DNA of 64,000 nt, from the NCBI GenBank assembly GCA_963829375.1, contig CAWHIS010000018.1, positions 46,992 through 110,991 of the forward strand, read 5' to 3'. Every line of letters begins with the position of its first letter. The stretch's first letter is position 1. A program made the position numbers and the translations under genes. The notes beneath the pieces are model-generated. The model saw only the letters and a program-made list of their open reading frames with translations, was not told where the DNA came from and searched no databases. Shown piece after piece: positions 53,445 to 63,086 of this stretch. The DNA is from an uncultured beta proteobacterium (lineage in GTDB: Bacteria; Pseudomonadota; Gammaproteobacteria; Burkholderiales; Casimicrobiaceae).

Positions 53445-55052
53445 CTACATCCGAAATACGCCGAAAGTCGTCGGCTCGATGGGCTTGTTGAGCGCTGCGG
53501 AGATCGCCAGGCCGAGCACCCTCCGAGTATCCACAGGGTCGATGACTCCATCATCCCAGAGCCGGGCGCTCGCGTAATAGGGATGCCCTTCGCGCTCGTA
53601 CTGCTCGCGAACGGGCGCCTTGAACGCGGCTTCTTCTTCGACGCTCCACGCGTCGCCTTTGGCATCCATGGCATCGCGACGGATCGTCGCGAGCACGGTC
53701 GCCGCCTGCTCGCCACCCATGACCGAGATCCGCGCGTTCGGCCACATCCATAGGAACCGCGGATTGAACGCGCGCCCGCACATGCCATAGTTGCCCGCAC
53801 CATAGCTGCCGCCGATGATGACCGTGAACTTCGGCACCTTGGCGCAGGACACCGCGGTCACCATCTTGGCGCCATCCTTGGCGATGCCGCCGGCCTCGTA
53901 CTTCTTGCCGACCATGAAGCCGGTGATATTCTGCAGAAAGACCAGCGGGATCCCGCGCTGGCAGCACAGCTCGACGAAATGCGCGCCCTTCAGCGCCGAT
54001 TCCGAATACAGCACACCGTTGTTGGCGACAATGCCGACCGGGTAGCCCCACAGCCGGGCAAAGCCCGTAACCAAGGTCGCGCCGTAGCGCGCCTTGAACC
54101 CGTCGAATTCGCTGCCATCGACAAGCCGCGCGATGACTTCGTGCACGTCGTAAGGCTTGCGGATGTCGGCATTGATGACGCCATACAACTCGTCCGCCGG
54201 ATAGATCGGGTCGCGCGGCGCGGCGACCTCGAGCGTCGCCGGCTTGACCCGGTTCAAGTGACCGACGATGCGCCGCGCAATCGCAAGCGCATGGTGGTCG
54301 TTCACGGCGAAGTGATCGGCGACACCGGACACGCGCGTATGGACGTCGGCGCCGCCCAGCTCCTCCGCGCTTACGATTTCTCCCGTCGCGGCCTTTACCA
54401 GCGGCGGCCCGGCCAGAAAAATGGTTCCCTGGTCCTTGACGATGATCGATTCGTCGGACATGGCGGGCACGTATGCGCCACCGGCGGTGCACGAGCCCAT
54501 CACCACCGCGATCTGCGGAATGCCTTCCGCTGACATCGTGGCCTGGTTGTAGAAAATGCGGCCGAAGTGATCGCGGTCCGGAAATACTTCGGTCTGGTTC
54601 GGCAGGTTCGCGCCGCCGGAATCGACGAGATAGATGCACGGGAGGTTGTTTTCGCGCGCGATGTCCTGCGCACGCAGGTGCTTCTTGACCGTCATCGGAT
54701 AGTACGAGCCGCCCTTGACCGTGGCATCGTTGCAGACGATCACACATTCGCGCCCCGACACGCGGCCGATGCCCGCGATGATGCCCGCGGCGGCGATGTT
54801 GTCGTCGTACATGCCGTACGCGGCGAATTGCGAGAATTCGAGGAACGGCGAGCCCGCATCCAGCAGCGCCGCTATGCGCTCGCGCGGCAGGAGCTTGCCG
54901 CGGCCCGTGTGACGAGTGCGTGCGACGTCGCCACCACCCGCCTCGATCGCGGCGACTTTCGCACGCAAGTCCGCGACCAGCGCAACCATCGCGTCGCGGT
55001 TCTTCGTAAACGTCGCATCGCGCGGGTCGAGCCGGGATTCGATCGTCGACAT
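53445..55052 (-). CDS. liuB: methylcrotonoyl-CoA carboxylase beta (carboxyltransferase) subunit
   Basis: 535 aa carboxyl transferase: [49 protein letters not shown]. Confidence 0.93.
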   Translation of the reverse strand: MSTIESRLDPRDATFTKNRDAMVALVADLRAKVAAIEAGGGDVARTRHTGRGKLLPRERIAALLDAGSPFLEFSQFAAYGMYDDNIAAAGIIAGIGRVSGRECVIVCNDATVKGGSYYPMTVKKHLRAQDIARENNLPCIYLVDSGGANLPNQTEVFPDRDHFGRIFYNQATMSAEGIPQIAVVMGSCTAGGAYVPAMSDESIIVKDQGTIFLAGPPLVKAATGEIVSAEELGGADVHTRVSGVADHFAVNDHHALAIARRIVGHLNRVKPATLEVAAPRDPIYPADELYGVINADIRKPYDVHEVIARLVDGSEFDGFKARYGATLVTGFARLWGYPVGIVANNGVLYSESALKGAHFVELCCQRGIPLVFLQNITGFMVGKKYEAGGIAKDGAKMVTAVSCAKVPKFTVIIGGSYGAGNYGMCGRAFNPRFLWMWPNARISVMGGEQAATVLATIRRDAMDAKGDAWSVEEEAAFKAPVREQYEREGHPYYASARLWDDGVIDPVDTRRVLGLAISAALNKPIEPTTFGVFRM

Positions 55053-55055
55053 GAG

Positions 55056-55706
55056 TCAGGCAGCCTGCGGTCGCGGATGCCCGGGCATCAGCTTGTAGGG
55101 ATGCACCCATCGCGGCTCGGACTGGATGCGCGCAAGCCAGTCGCGAATGTTTGGATAACTGTTCCAGTCGACACCTATTTCCTCGGGCCAGAAAAGGTAT
55201 CCGCACAGCGAAAGGTCGACGACGGTCAAGCGCTCGCCCACGACATATTTTCGCCCTGCAAGATGGGTGTTGAGCACGCCCCACGCGGCTTCCGCACGTC
55301 GGCCGAATTCCGCGACGACCGCTGGGTCGGGATCCTTGGCCAGCGCGCGCATGAAACGCAATGTCGCCGTGTAGCCCGTCAGCTTGTGGTTGTCCCACAA
55401 CAGCCAGCGCAGGAATTCGCGCCGCTCGTCGGCATCCTTTGCGCCGAAACGACCGAATTGCTCGGCGATGTAGTCGAGAATGACACCCGACTGCGCGAAC
55501 CGGGCGCCGCGATGTTCAAGCACAGGCGCCTCCCCCATCGGGTTGATCCCGCGATAAGGCGGCGTACGCGTTTCGCCACCGAAATAGTCGACGAAACGCG
55601 GCCTCCAATCGGCCCCTACGAGCTCGAGCGCCAGCGCCGCCTTGTAGCAATTACCCGATTGCGCGAAGCAGTACAGGGTGTACTCGGTGGCCACTTGCGG
55701 TGCCAT
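55056..55706 (-). CDS. glutathione S-transferase family protein
   Basis: 216 aa from the ATG at 55706: YTLYCFAQSGNCYK, NPMGE.PVLE, QSG.IL.Y, and a C-terminal helical domain. Confidence 0.8.
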   Translation of the reverse strand: MAPQVATEYTLYCFAQSGNCYKAALALELVGADWRPRFVDYFGGETRTPPYRGINPMGEAPVLEHRGARFAQSGVILDYIAEQFGRFGAKDADERREFLRWLLWDNHKLTGYTATLRFMRALAKDPDPAVVAEFGRRAEAAWGVLNTHLAGRKYVVGERLTVVDLSLCGYLFWPEEIGVDWNSYPNIRDWLARIQSEPRWVHPYKLMPGHPRPQAA

Positions 55707-55707
55707 T

Positions 55708-56313
55708 TCACCAACCCCCAGTTTCCAGCCAGCGTTCCACCTGATCCAGGCGATCGAGACCCCAGAACGGCTCGCCGTCGATGATGATAAATGGAGACCC
55801 GAACACGCCGTGGGCGATGGCATCGTCGTTGGCACGCTTGAGCGCGTCCTTGATCGCGGGATCGTCGATCGCCGCGCGCGCCGCAGCGCCATCGATGCCA
55901 CAGCTCGCGGCGACGGCGACCGCGGTGTCGGGATCCGAGATGTCCTTGTCGTCGACGAAAAACGCGTGGTACAGCGCATGCACGATCTTCGCCGCGACGG
56001 CCGCGTCGCGCTGCTGGGCCCAGAGCACGATGCGCGCCGCCGCCTGCGACGGAATCGGGAACTTCGATGGCATGCGAAAACCCGTCACGCCGTGAAATTT
56101 GGCGCTGCGCTCCATATCGCGCCGCGAATATTCACCCTTTAGCGGAATCTGTGTCAGCGGCAGCGCGCCGGTCTGCTTGAAGACGACGCCTAGCAGCACC
56201 GGCCGATAGTTCACGCTGCGGCCGTGCCTGGCCGCCAAGGCCTCGATTTTTTCCGATGCGAGATAGCCGTATGGCGACGAGAAATCGAAATAGAAATCGA
56301 CGGATGCTGGCAT
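55708..56313 (-). CDS. 2-hydroxychromene-2-carboxylate isomerase family protein (DsbA-like), second copy
   Basis: 201 aa from the ATG at 56313: VDFYFDFSSPYGYL, HGVFGSPFIIIDGEPFWG.DRL. Confidence 0.8.
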   Translation of the reverse strand: MPASVDFYFDFSSPYGYLASEKIEALAARHGRSVNYRPVLLGVVFKQTGALPLTQIPLKGEYSRRDMERSAKFHGVTGFRMPSKFPIPSQAAARIVLWAQQRDAAVAAKIVHALYHAFFVDDKDISDPDTAVAVAASCGIDGAAARAAIDDPAIKDALKRANDDAIAHGVFGSPFIIIDGEPFWGLDRLDQVERWLETGGW

Positions 56314-56330
56314 GCTTGTTCTCCGGTCAA

Positions 56331-57467
56331 CTAGGCCTTGGCCAGGGAGCGCCCGATGACCATCCTCTGGATGTCGCTCGTCCCTTCGTAGATCTGGCAC
56401 ACGCGCACGTCGCGATAGATGCGCTCGACGGGAAAGTCAGCCACGTAACCGTATCCGCCGTGAATCTGAATGGCGGCCGAACAGACGCGCTCGGCCATCT
56501 CCGACGCGAAAAGCTTGGCCATCGACGCTTCGGCAAGACAGGGCCGCCCCGCATCGCGCAACGCGGCCGCGTGCCACACCATCTGGCGTGCAACCTCGAT
56601 TTCGGTCGCCATGTCGGCAATCCGGAAATTCACCGCCTGATGCTCGATGATCGGGTGGCCGAAGCTCGTTCGCTCGCGCGCGTAGGCGAGCGCCGCGTCA
56701 AACGCAGCACGCGCCATCCCGACCGCCTGCGCTGCAATGCCGATACGCCCTGCCTCGAGATTGGCCAGGGCGATCCTGTACCCTTCGCCCTCGCGTCCCA
56801 GAAGGTTCGCCTCGGGAACGCGGCAATTCTCAAACACGATTTGCGCCGTGTCCGAAGCGCGCTGACCGAGTTTGTCCTCCACGCGCGCCACGACGTAGCC
56901 GGGCGTCGCCGTGTCGACGATGAACGCCGACATTCCTTTTTTCCCAGCCGCCTTGTCCGTGACCGCGAACACAATCGCGACGTCGGCGTGCTTGCCCGAA
57001 GTGATGAACTGCTTGACCCCGTTGAGCACGAACGCCCCACCCTGTCGCTCCGCGCGCGTCGTGATCGCGCCGGCGTCCGAACCTGCCTGTGGCTCGGTCA
57101 GGCAGAAGCAGCCCAGCTTGGCTCCGCTCGCGAGCGGCACAAGGTACTGCGCCTTCTGCACATCGGTGCCAAACGCGCTGAGCGGACCGCACACGACCGA
57201 ATTCTGGACGCTGACGATGGTGGAGGTGGCACCATCGCCGGCGGCGATCTCCTCGAGCGCAACCGCGAGGGTGACATAGTCCATCGCTGCGCCGCCCCAG
57301 CGCTCGGGTACGACCATGCCCAGCGCGCCGACTTCACCCAATGCCCGCAGCTCAGCGCGGGGAAAGTGTGAATCGCGATCCCAGCGCGCGGCGCGCGGCA
57401 CAAGTTGCTCCCGGGCGAAAGCGCGCAACGTATCGCGTACGAGCGTCTGCTCCGGGCTCAGCAGCAT
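56331..57467 (-). CDS. acyl-CoA dehydrogenase family protein (short/branched-chain type)
   Basis: 378 aa: G.FCLTEP.AGSD, and ACAD C-terminal motifs QIHGGYGY....PVER.YRD.R...IYEGT. Confidence 0.88.
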   Translation of the reverse strand: MLLSPEQTLVRDTLRAFAREQLVPRAARWDRDSHFPRAELRALGEVGALGMVVPERWGGAAMDYVTLAVALEEIAAGDGATSTIVSVQNSVVCGPLSAFGTDVQKAQYLVPLASGAKLGCFCLTEPQAGSDAGAITTRAERQGGAFVLNGVKQFITSGKHADVAIVFAVTDKAAGKKGMSAFIVDTATPGYVVARVEDKLGQRASDTAQIVFENCRVPEANLLGREGEGYRIALANLEAGRIGIAAQAVGMARAAFDAALAYARERTSFGHPIIEHQAVNFRIADMATEIEVARQMVWHAAALRDAGRPCLAEASMAKLFASEMAERVCSAAIQIHGGYGYVADFPVERIYRDVRVCQIYEGTSDIQRMVIGRSLAKA

Positions 57468-57582
57468 CGCCTCACCCAGTATGGGTGCTGAAAATGCCGA
57501 TGAATGCGATGCACCGCCAACCCTTGGGCGACGCCTCCGGGACTGAGCGTCGCGTAGATGCTGGCGTTGCCGGCAGCCACGT

Positions 57583-58218
57583 TCACTTTCGCGTATCCAT
57601 CGCTAGCTTGATCGCGATGCCGGCAAATACGCCACCCAAGACCCAGCGTTGTGCCGCCAGCCACGTCGGACGCTCCGCCAGCCAGGTGGCCGCCCGGGCT
57701 GCGGCCAGGACGAACAACATGTCGCAGAAACCGTCGATCACGATCTGCACAGCCGCCAGCAACAGCGATTGGGCGAGCACGCTGCCACGTGACGGATCGA
57801 CGAACTGTGGAAACAACGCCAGATAGAACAGGGCGACCTTCGGGTTGAGGACGCTGGTGAGCATCCCGGTTCGAAACAGCATGCCGGGCCTGACGGAAGG
57901 AAGGTCACGCCGTGCAAACAAGCCGCCGGTGCCACGCGGCCGCACGGCATCCCACGCGAGCCAGAGCAAATATCCGGCGCCGGCCCAGCGCACGACGTCG
58001 TATAGAACGGGGATCGCCACGAATATTGCGGTGAGGCCGAACGCGGCGGCAAGCGCGTAGAAGAAGAACCCGGTGGTCGTGCCGGCCAGCGACACCATGC
58101 CCGCAGCCCGGCCCTGACACAACGTGCGCGATATCAGGTACATCAGGTTCGGCCCGGGTGTAAGCGCCAGCAATACGCAAGCAAGGGAAAAGAGCGCGAG
58201 ACTGTCGAGCGGGATCAT
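57583..58218 (-). CDS. LysE/RhtB family amino-acid exporter
   Basis: 211 aa, 6 TM helices, N-terminal LTPGPN motif and NPK..LFYLA.FPQF. Confidence 0.85.
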   Translation of the reverse strand: MIPLDSLALFSLACVLLALTPGPNLMYLISRTLCQGRAAGMVSLAGTTTGFFFYALAAAFGLTAIFVAIPVLYDVVRWAGAGYLLWLAWDAVRPRGTGGLFARRDLPSVRPGMLFRTGMLTSVLNPKVALFYLALFPQFVDPSRGSVLAQSLLLAAVQIVIDGFCDMLFVLAAARAATWLAERPTWLAAQRWVLGGVFAGIAIKLAMDTRK

Positions 58219-58254
58219 GTCGTGACTGATAGCTCGGACCGCAGCGACGCGGTC

Positions 58255-59439
58255 CTAGACGCGTTCAATCGCCAGCGCCGTTGCTTCGCCGCCGCCGATG
58301 CAAAGGCTCGCCATGCCGCGCTTGGTGCCGTACTTGCGCAATGCCCCGAGCAGCGTGACAATGATGCGCGCGCCGGACGCCCCGATCGGGTGGCCCAGCG
58401 CGCATGCCCCGCCATGGACGTTGACCTTCTCCGGCGGCAGGCCATGGTCGCGCATCGCCGCCATCGTGACGACCGCGAACGCCTCGTTGATCTCGTAAAG
58501 GTCGACGTCGCCCGGCGTCCAACCGAGCTTGGCGTACAGCTTCCGCATTGCGCCGATTGGCGCGGTGGTGAACCAGCCGGGCTCCTGCGCATGCGTTGCG
58601 TGCCCAAGGATGATTGCCAGCGGTGCAAGCCCCTTCTTCTCGGCAACCGAGCGCCGCATCAGAACCATGGCCGCGGCCCCATCAGAAATCGAACTGGCGT
58701 TGGCCGCCGTCACGGTTCCGCCCTTGCGAAACGCCGGCTTCAACCCGGGGACTTTTTCCGCGTCTGCCTTGCCGGGCTGTTCGTCATGCTCGATCACGAC
58801 GTCCCCCTTGCGCCCTGATACCGTGACGGGCGCGATCTCCCACTTGAACGATCCGTCCTGATTCGCGGCGAGCGCTCGCGACAGCGAACGCAGTGCGAAC
58901 TCATCCTGAGCCTCGCGCGTGAACGCGTACTTGTCGGCGCACTGCTCGGCGAACACGCCCATCAGCTTGCCCTTGTCGTAGGCATCTTCGAGACCGTCCA
59001 GGAACATGTGGTCGTACACGGTGCCGTGGCCCATGCGCATTCCGCCGCGCGCCTTGGGTAACAGGTACGGTGCATTCGTCATGCTCTCCATGCCGCCGGC
59101 AACGACGATCTCTGCACTGCCGGCAAGAATCGCGTCGTGAGCGAGCATCGTCGCTTTCATGCCCGAACCGCACATTTTCGACAAGGTCGTACAGTGGGTC
59201 GACAGCGGCATGCCACCCTTCAACGCAGCCTGCCGCGCCGGCGCTTGCCCTTGCCCCGCCATCAGACAGTTGCCGAACAGAACCTCTTCGACGTCGCCGG
59301 CCGCGATTCCGGCACGCGCGACAGCTGCCTTGATCGCGACGCCGCCGAGATCCGCGGCGGTGAGCGTGGCGAAGTCCCCGAGAAGGCCGCCGATGGGCGT
59401 CCTTGCAGCGGCGGTAATGACTACAGGATCGTTATGCAT
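58255..59439 (-). CDS. acetyl-CoA C-acetyltransferase (thiolase II)
   Basis: 394 aa: active-site LSKMCGSGMKA, NEAFA and GGACALGHPIGASGARI. Confidence 0.93.
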   Translation of the reverse strand: MHNDPVVITAAARTPIGGLLGDFATLTAADLGGVAIKAAVARAGIAAGDVEEVLFGNCLMAGQGQAPARQAALKGGMPLSTHCTTLSKMCGSGMKATMLAHDAILAGSAEIVVAGGMESMTNAPYLLPKARGGMRMGHGTVYDHMFLDGLEDAYDKGKLMGVFAEQCADKYAFTREAQDEFALRSLSRALAANQDGSFKWEIAPVTVSGRKGDVVIEHDEQPGKADAEKVPGLKPAFRKGGTVTAANASSISDGAAAMVLMRRSVAEKKGLAPLAIILGHATHAQEPGWFTTAPIGAMRKLYAKLGWTPGDVDLYEINEAFAVVTMAAMRDHGLPPEKVNVHGGACALGHPIGASGARIIVTLLGALRKYGTKRGMASLCIGGGEATALAIERV

Positions 59440-59491
59440 GTTCGATTGGTTCCCGGGAGGACGGTAAACGCGTCCCGCGATTCACGGCGTG

Positions 59492-59698
59492 CTACGAAGT
59501 CTTGATGACGGTTTCTGGCTTGCGCGCGCGCCGAGCGCGTCGCACAAGTTCGCCTGCGCAGTCGGGGCAGACGCCATTGAGCTCATTGGCACAAGTGGCG
59601 CAGAACGTGCTTTCGTAGCTGCAGATGTAAGCGGCGTCGTCGTCTGGCTCAAGCGGCCACGCACACCGTTGACAGCGTTCGCGCATTTCGAGTGCCAT
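59492..59698 (-). CDS. DUF1272 domain-containing zinc-ribbon protein
   Basis: 68 aa: ERCQRC...ICSYESTFCATCA....GVCPDCAGELVRR matches the DUF1272 Cys pattern. Confidence 0.78.
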   Translation of the reverse strand: MALEMRERCQRCAWPLEPDDDAAYICSYESTFCATCANELNGVCPDCAGELVRRARRARKPETVIKTS

Positions 59699-59710
59699 GC
59701 TCGAGTCTCG

Positions 59711-60877
59711 CTATTTGGTTTCGTTGAAAAGTTCCCTGCCGATCAGCATACGTCTGATCTCCGATGTCCCAGCGCCTATCTCGTACAGTTTCGCATCGCG
59801 CCAAAGCCGACCGGTGGCGAACTCGTTGATATACCCGTTGCCGCCCAGGGCCTGGATCGCCTCGCCAGCCATCCAGGTTGCCTTTTCCGCAGCATAGAGT
59901 ATCGCACCAGCCGCGTCTTTGCGCGTCGTCTCGCCGCGGTCACAGGCTTGCGCCACGGCGTAGACGTATGACTTGCACGCGTTCATGGTCGTATACATGT
60001 CGGCGACCTTGCCTTGCATCAGCTGAAACTCGCCGATCGACTGACCGAACTGCTGGCGCTCGTGGATGTACGGCAGCACCACATCCATACAGGCGTCCAT
60101 GATGCCGATGGGACCACCGGCAAGCACAGCGCGCTCGTAGTCGAGCCCGCTCATCAGCACGTTGACCCCCCGTCCTTCCTCAGCAAGCACGTTGTGCGCA
60201 GGCACCTCGCAGTCCTCGAACACCAGCTCGCAGGTATTGGAGCCGCGCATGCCGAGCTTGTCGAGCTTCTGTGCCGTCGTGAATCCGCGCATGCCTTTTT
60301 CGATGAGGAATGCCGTGATGCCGCGCGGACCGGCGTGTAGATCGGTCTTTGCGTAGACGACCAGCGTGTCTGCGTCCGGCCCGTTGGTGATCCACATCTT
60401 GCTGCCGTTGAGGACATAATGATCGCCGGCGCGATCTGCGCGCAAGCGCATCGACACGACGTCGGAGCCGGCGCCGGGCTCGCTCATTGCGAGCGCCCCG
60501 ACATGCTCTCCGGACACGAGCTTCGGCAGATACCTCGCCTTCTGTCCGGCGCTGCCGTTGCGCCGGATCTGGTTGACGCAAAGATTGGAATGCGCCCCGT
60601 ACGACAACCCCACGGACGCAGACGCGCGGCTTATCTCCTCCATGGCGACCACGTGCGCGAGGTAGCCCATCGCCGTGCCGCCGAATTCCTCTTCGACCGT
60701 GATGCCGAGCAAGCCGAGATCGCCCATCTTGCGCCACAGATCCGCGGGAAAGCGGTTGCTATGATCGATTTCAGCCGCCCTTGGCGTGATTTCCTCGGCA
60801 GCGAACTGCTGCACTGTCGACCGCAGCATATCGATGGTGTCGCCGAGGTGAAAATTCAGTGTCGGAAAGTCGGACAT
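59711..60877 (-). CDS. liuA: isovaleryl-CoA dehydrogenase
   Basis: 388 aa: [51 protein letters not shown]. First catabolic gene downstream of liuR. Confidence 0.92.
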   Translation of the reverse strand: MSDFPTLNFHLGDTIDMLRSTVQQFAAEEITPRAAEIDHSNRFPADLWRKMGDLGLLGITVEEEFGGTAMGYLAHVVAMEEISRASASVGLSYGAHSNLCVNQIRRNGSAGQKARYLPKLVSGEHVGALAMSEPGAGSDVVSMRLRADRAGDHYVLNGSKMWITNGPDADTLVVYAKTDLHAGPRGITAFLIEKGMRGFTTAQKLDKLGMRGSNTCELVFEDCEVPAHNVLAEEGRGVNVLMSGLDYERAVLAGGPIGIMDACMDVVLPYIHERQQFGQSIGEFQLMQGKVADMYTTMNACKSYVYAVAQACDRGETTRKDAAGAILYAAEKATWMAGEAIQALGGNGYINEFATGRLWRDAKLYEIGAGTSEIRRMLIGRELFNETK

Positions 60878-60884
60878 TGGACGC

Positions 60885-61376
60885 TCACCTGTTTGCCAAG
60901 CTGGCTTGCTTGCCCGCCATGACCATCAGCGTTTGCTGCATGACCGCGCACAGCGTGCGCTTGTCGCCAGCTTCCGCATGCACCTCTCCGCGTGTGATGA
61001 CCAGCGTGCGGCCAGGTTTCACGACCTCGCCCACCGCAATCAGTCTTTCGCCGACGGCGGGCGCAAGCAGGTTGAGCTTGTATTCGACCGTCAGGACATC
61101 CGAGTCGGCCGGAAAGAGTGTGAAGCCTGCGAAGCCGCCGGCGGAATCGACGATCGTGCTAACGATACCTGCATGAATATAGCCGTGCTGCTGTGCCAGG
61201 TCCGGACGAAACGGTAGTTCGATGCGGCAATAGCCCGGCTTGACTTCGCTCAAGTGTGCGCCGATCAGGCGCATCGCGCCTTGCCGGTCGAAACTCGCCC
61301 GGACCCTCGCGGCGTAGTCGGGGTCGTGTGGCACCCAAACGGCGCCGGTATCGGACGCGGGCTGTAGCGTGGCCAT
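60885..61376 (-). CDS. PaaI family (hotdog-fold) thioesterase
   Basis: 163 aa from the ATG at 61376 (GTG at 61397 also possible): [29 protein letters not shown]. Confidence 0.8.
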   Translation of the reverse strand: MATLQPASDTGAVWVPHDPDYAARVRASFDRQGAMRLIGAHLSEVKPGYCRIELPFRPDLAQQHGYIHAGIVSTIVDSAGGFAGFTLFPADSDVLTVEYKLNLLAPAVGERLIAVGEVVKPGRTLVITRGEVHAEAGDKRTLCAVMQQTLMVMAGKQASLANR

Positions 61377-61405
61377 CGGCGCAGCTCGTGCAGGCACGGA
61401 AAGCC

Positions 61406-61434
61406 AGTGTATATTACGTTTACGTAAACGTCAA
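61406..61434 (-). promoter_or_regulatory. candidate liu operon promoter with overlapping LiuR (MerR-type) palindromic operator
   Basis: On the minus strand: TTGACG (61434-61429), a 17-nt spacer, then TACACT (61411-61406). A perfect 16-bp palindrome, ACGTTTACGTAAACGT (61416-61431), fills the -35/spacer region. It lies 30-55 nt upstream of the thioesterase/liuA start. Confidence 0.55.
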
Positions 61435-61862
61435 TTGGCCGCGCTGCCCTCGCCCTTCGGCGTGGCGGCCACTGCGTTTTGGCGCAGGCGCTTTCGGCAC
61501 TGGCGCTCGAGCGAATCGATCTCGGCAAGCACGACGGCGATATCCTCTTGTTGCTGTGCCAGCATGGCTCGGCGCGATGCGAGCACCTCCAGAAACTTGA
61601 CGAGCTGCGGCCGTTCGCTGTGCGTTGTCTCGTACAAGTCCAGCAGTTCGCGAATCTCCGAAAGGGACAGGCCCAGCCGCTTTCCGCGGACGACGAGCTT
61701 GATGCGTACGCGCTCGCGTTCGCCGTAGATGCGATTGCGTCCGCTGCGGCGCGGGGCCAGCAGTCCCTCGTCCTCATAGAAGCGGATTGCGCGGGTCGTC
61801 AGCGCGAATTCCTTGGCGAGATCGGAGATACTGTACGTGACGGGGTGGGGCCGGGACGGCAT
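61431..61862 (-). CDS. liuR: MerR family transcriptional regulator LiuR
   Basis: 143 aa from the ATG at 61862. HTH YSISDLAKEFALTTRAIRFYEDEGLL.P.R, followed by a coiled-coil dimerisation helix. Sits at the head of the liu cluster. Confidence 0.85.
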   Translation of the reverse strand: MPSRPHPVTYSISDLAKEFALTTRAIRFYEDEGLLAPRRSGRNRIYGERERVRIKLVVRGKRLGLSLSEIRELLDLYETTHSERPQLVKFLEVLASRRAMLAQQQEDIAVVLAEIDSLERQCRKRLRQNAVAATPKGEGSAAN

Positions 61863-62009
61863 CGGTACGCGCTGGAAACCGCAGACTGCGGCGGTGATGA
61901 ACATACCATAAACGCCGAAACGGCGACTTGACACGTCCACCCGATTCTACGACGATGCTGCGTCGCACAACGCTGGTGCAGCCCGCCCTCCAATAGAGCG
62001 CGGTAGCTC

Positions 62010-63086
62010 ATGAACGCTTCGTTACCCGCCGTCCTCGGATTCCCCCACGCCGCACCGCCGCCACCCGCCGAAGTCATCGAGGTGGCCCGTGGCGTATGGT
62101 GGTTGCGTATGCCTCTGCCCTTTGCCCTCGACCACATCAATTTGTGGTTGCTTGCAGATGGCGAGGGTTGGACGCAGGTCGATTGTGGATACGGCGATAT
62201 CGCGACACGAACGCTCTGGCAAGCCCATTTCGACACCACGTTCGCGGGACGGCCGCTCAGCCAAGTCATTGCCACGCATTATCACCCCGACCACCTTGGT
62301 AACGCGGCGTGGCTCACCCAACGGTTTCAATGTCCTCTTGTCATGCCGCAAGCGGAATTCCTGACCGCGCACATGGTCGGCAATGCCTGTGCGAGCTATA
62401 GTTCCGAATCGATCTGTGCGCTGTTCCGTGCTCACGGAATGGGAAACGAACATCTTGTACTGATGGAGGGACGCGGCAATCACTACCGACGTGGCGTTCC
62501 TGAATTACCGCCCGCATTTCGCCGCCTGCTCCCCGGCGAGGAACTCGAGATCGGCACCAATCGATGGCGCGCTCTCGGCGGATACGGGCATTCGCCCGAG
62601 CACGTTTCGCTTTACTGCGAGCGACTCCACATCTGCATCTCCGGCGATATGCTGCTGCCGAGAATAAGCACCAATGTCAGCGTCTGGCCAGCCGAGGCGG
62701 AAGGTGATCCGCTGGCGCGTTTCCTCGGCTCGTTGGCCGTTTTTGCCGCGCTGCCCGCGGAGACACTGGTCCTGCCGTCGCACGGGCTGCCGTTCGTCGG
62801 CGCGTCCTTTCGGGTGGACCAATTGCAGGCGCACCACGCGGCGCGCCTCGGCGAACTCGAGGCCGCAGCAGGCGTGCCGCGCACCGCAGCAGAGCTGGTG
62901 CCGGTGCTGTTTCGGCGCGAACTCGACCTGCAGCAGCGTTTTTTTGCGATGGGGGAAACCATCGCACACTTGAATTACCTGTGGCACGCCGGCAGATTCA
63001 CGCGCACCATCGACGTGGACGGAACGATTCGCTTCCAACGCGCCAAGGGACCAATTGCAATTGCCACTGGGGGTAGCAAACAATGA
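62010..63086 (+). CDS. MBL-fold metallo-hydrolase
   Basis: 358 aa with the THYHPDHLG metal-binding motif and downstream GHSPEH and PSHG motifs. ATGA overlap with phaC. Confidence 0.85.
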   Translation: MNASLPAVLGFPHAAPPPPAEVIEVARGVWWLRMPLPFALDHINLWLLADGEGWTQVDCGYGDIATRTLWQAHFDTTFAGRPLSQVIATHYHPDHLGNAAWLTQRFQCPLVMPQAEFLTAHMVGNACASYSSESICALFRAHGMGNEHLVLMEGRGNHYRRGVPELPPAFRRLLPGEELEIGTNRWRALGGYGHSPEHVSLYCERLHICISGDMLLPRISTNVSVWPAEAEGDPLARFLGSLAVFAALPAETLVLPSHGLPFVGASFRVDQLQAHHAARLGELEAAAGVPRTAAELVPVLFRRELDLQQRFFAMGETIAHLNYLWHAGRFTRTIDVDGTIRFQRAKGPIAIATGGSKQ

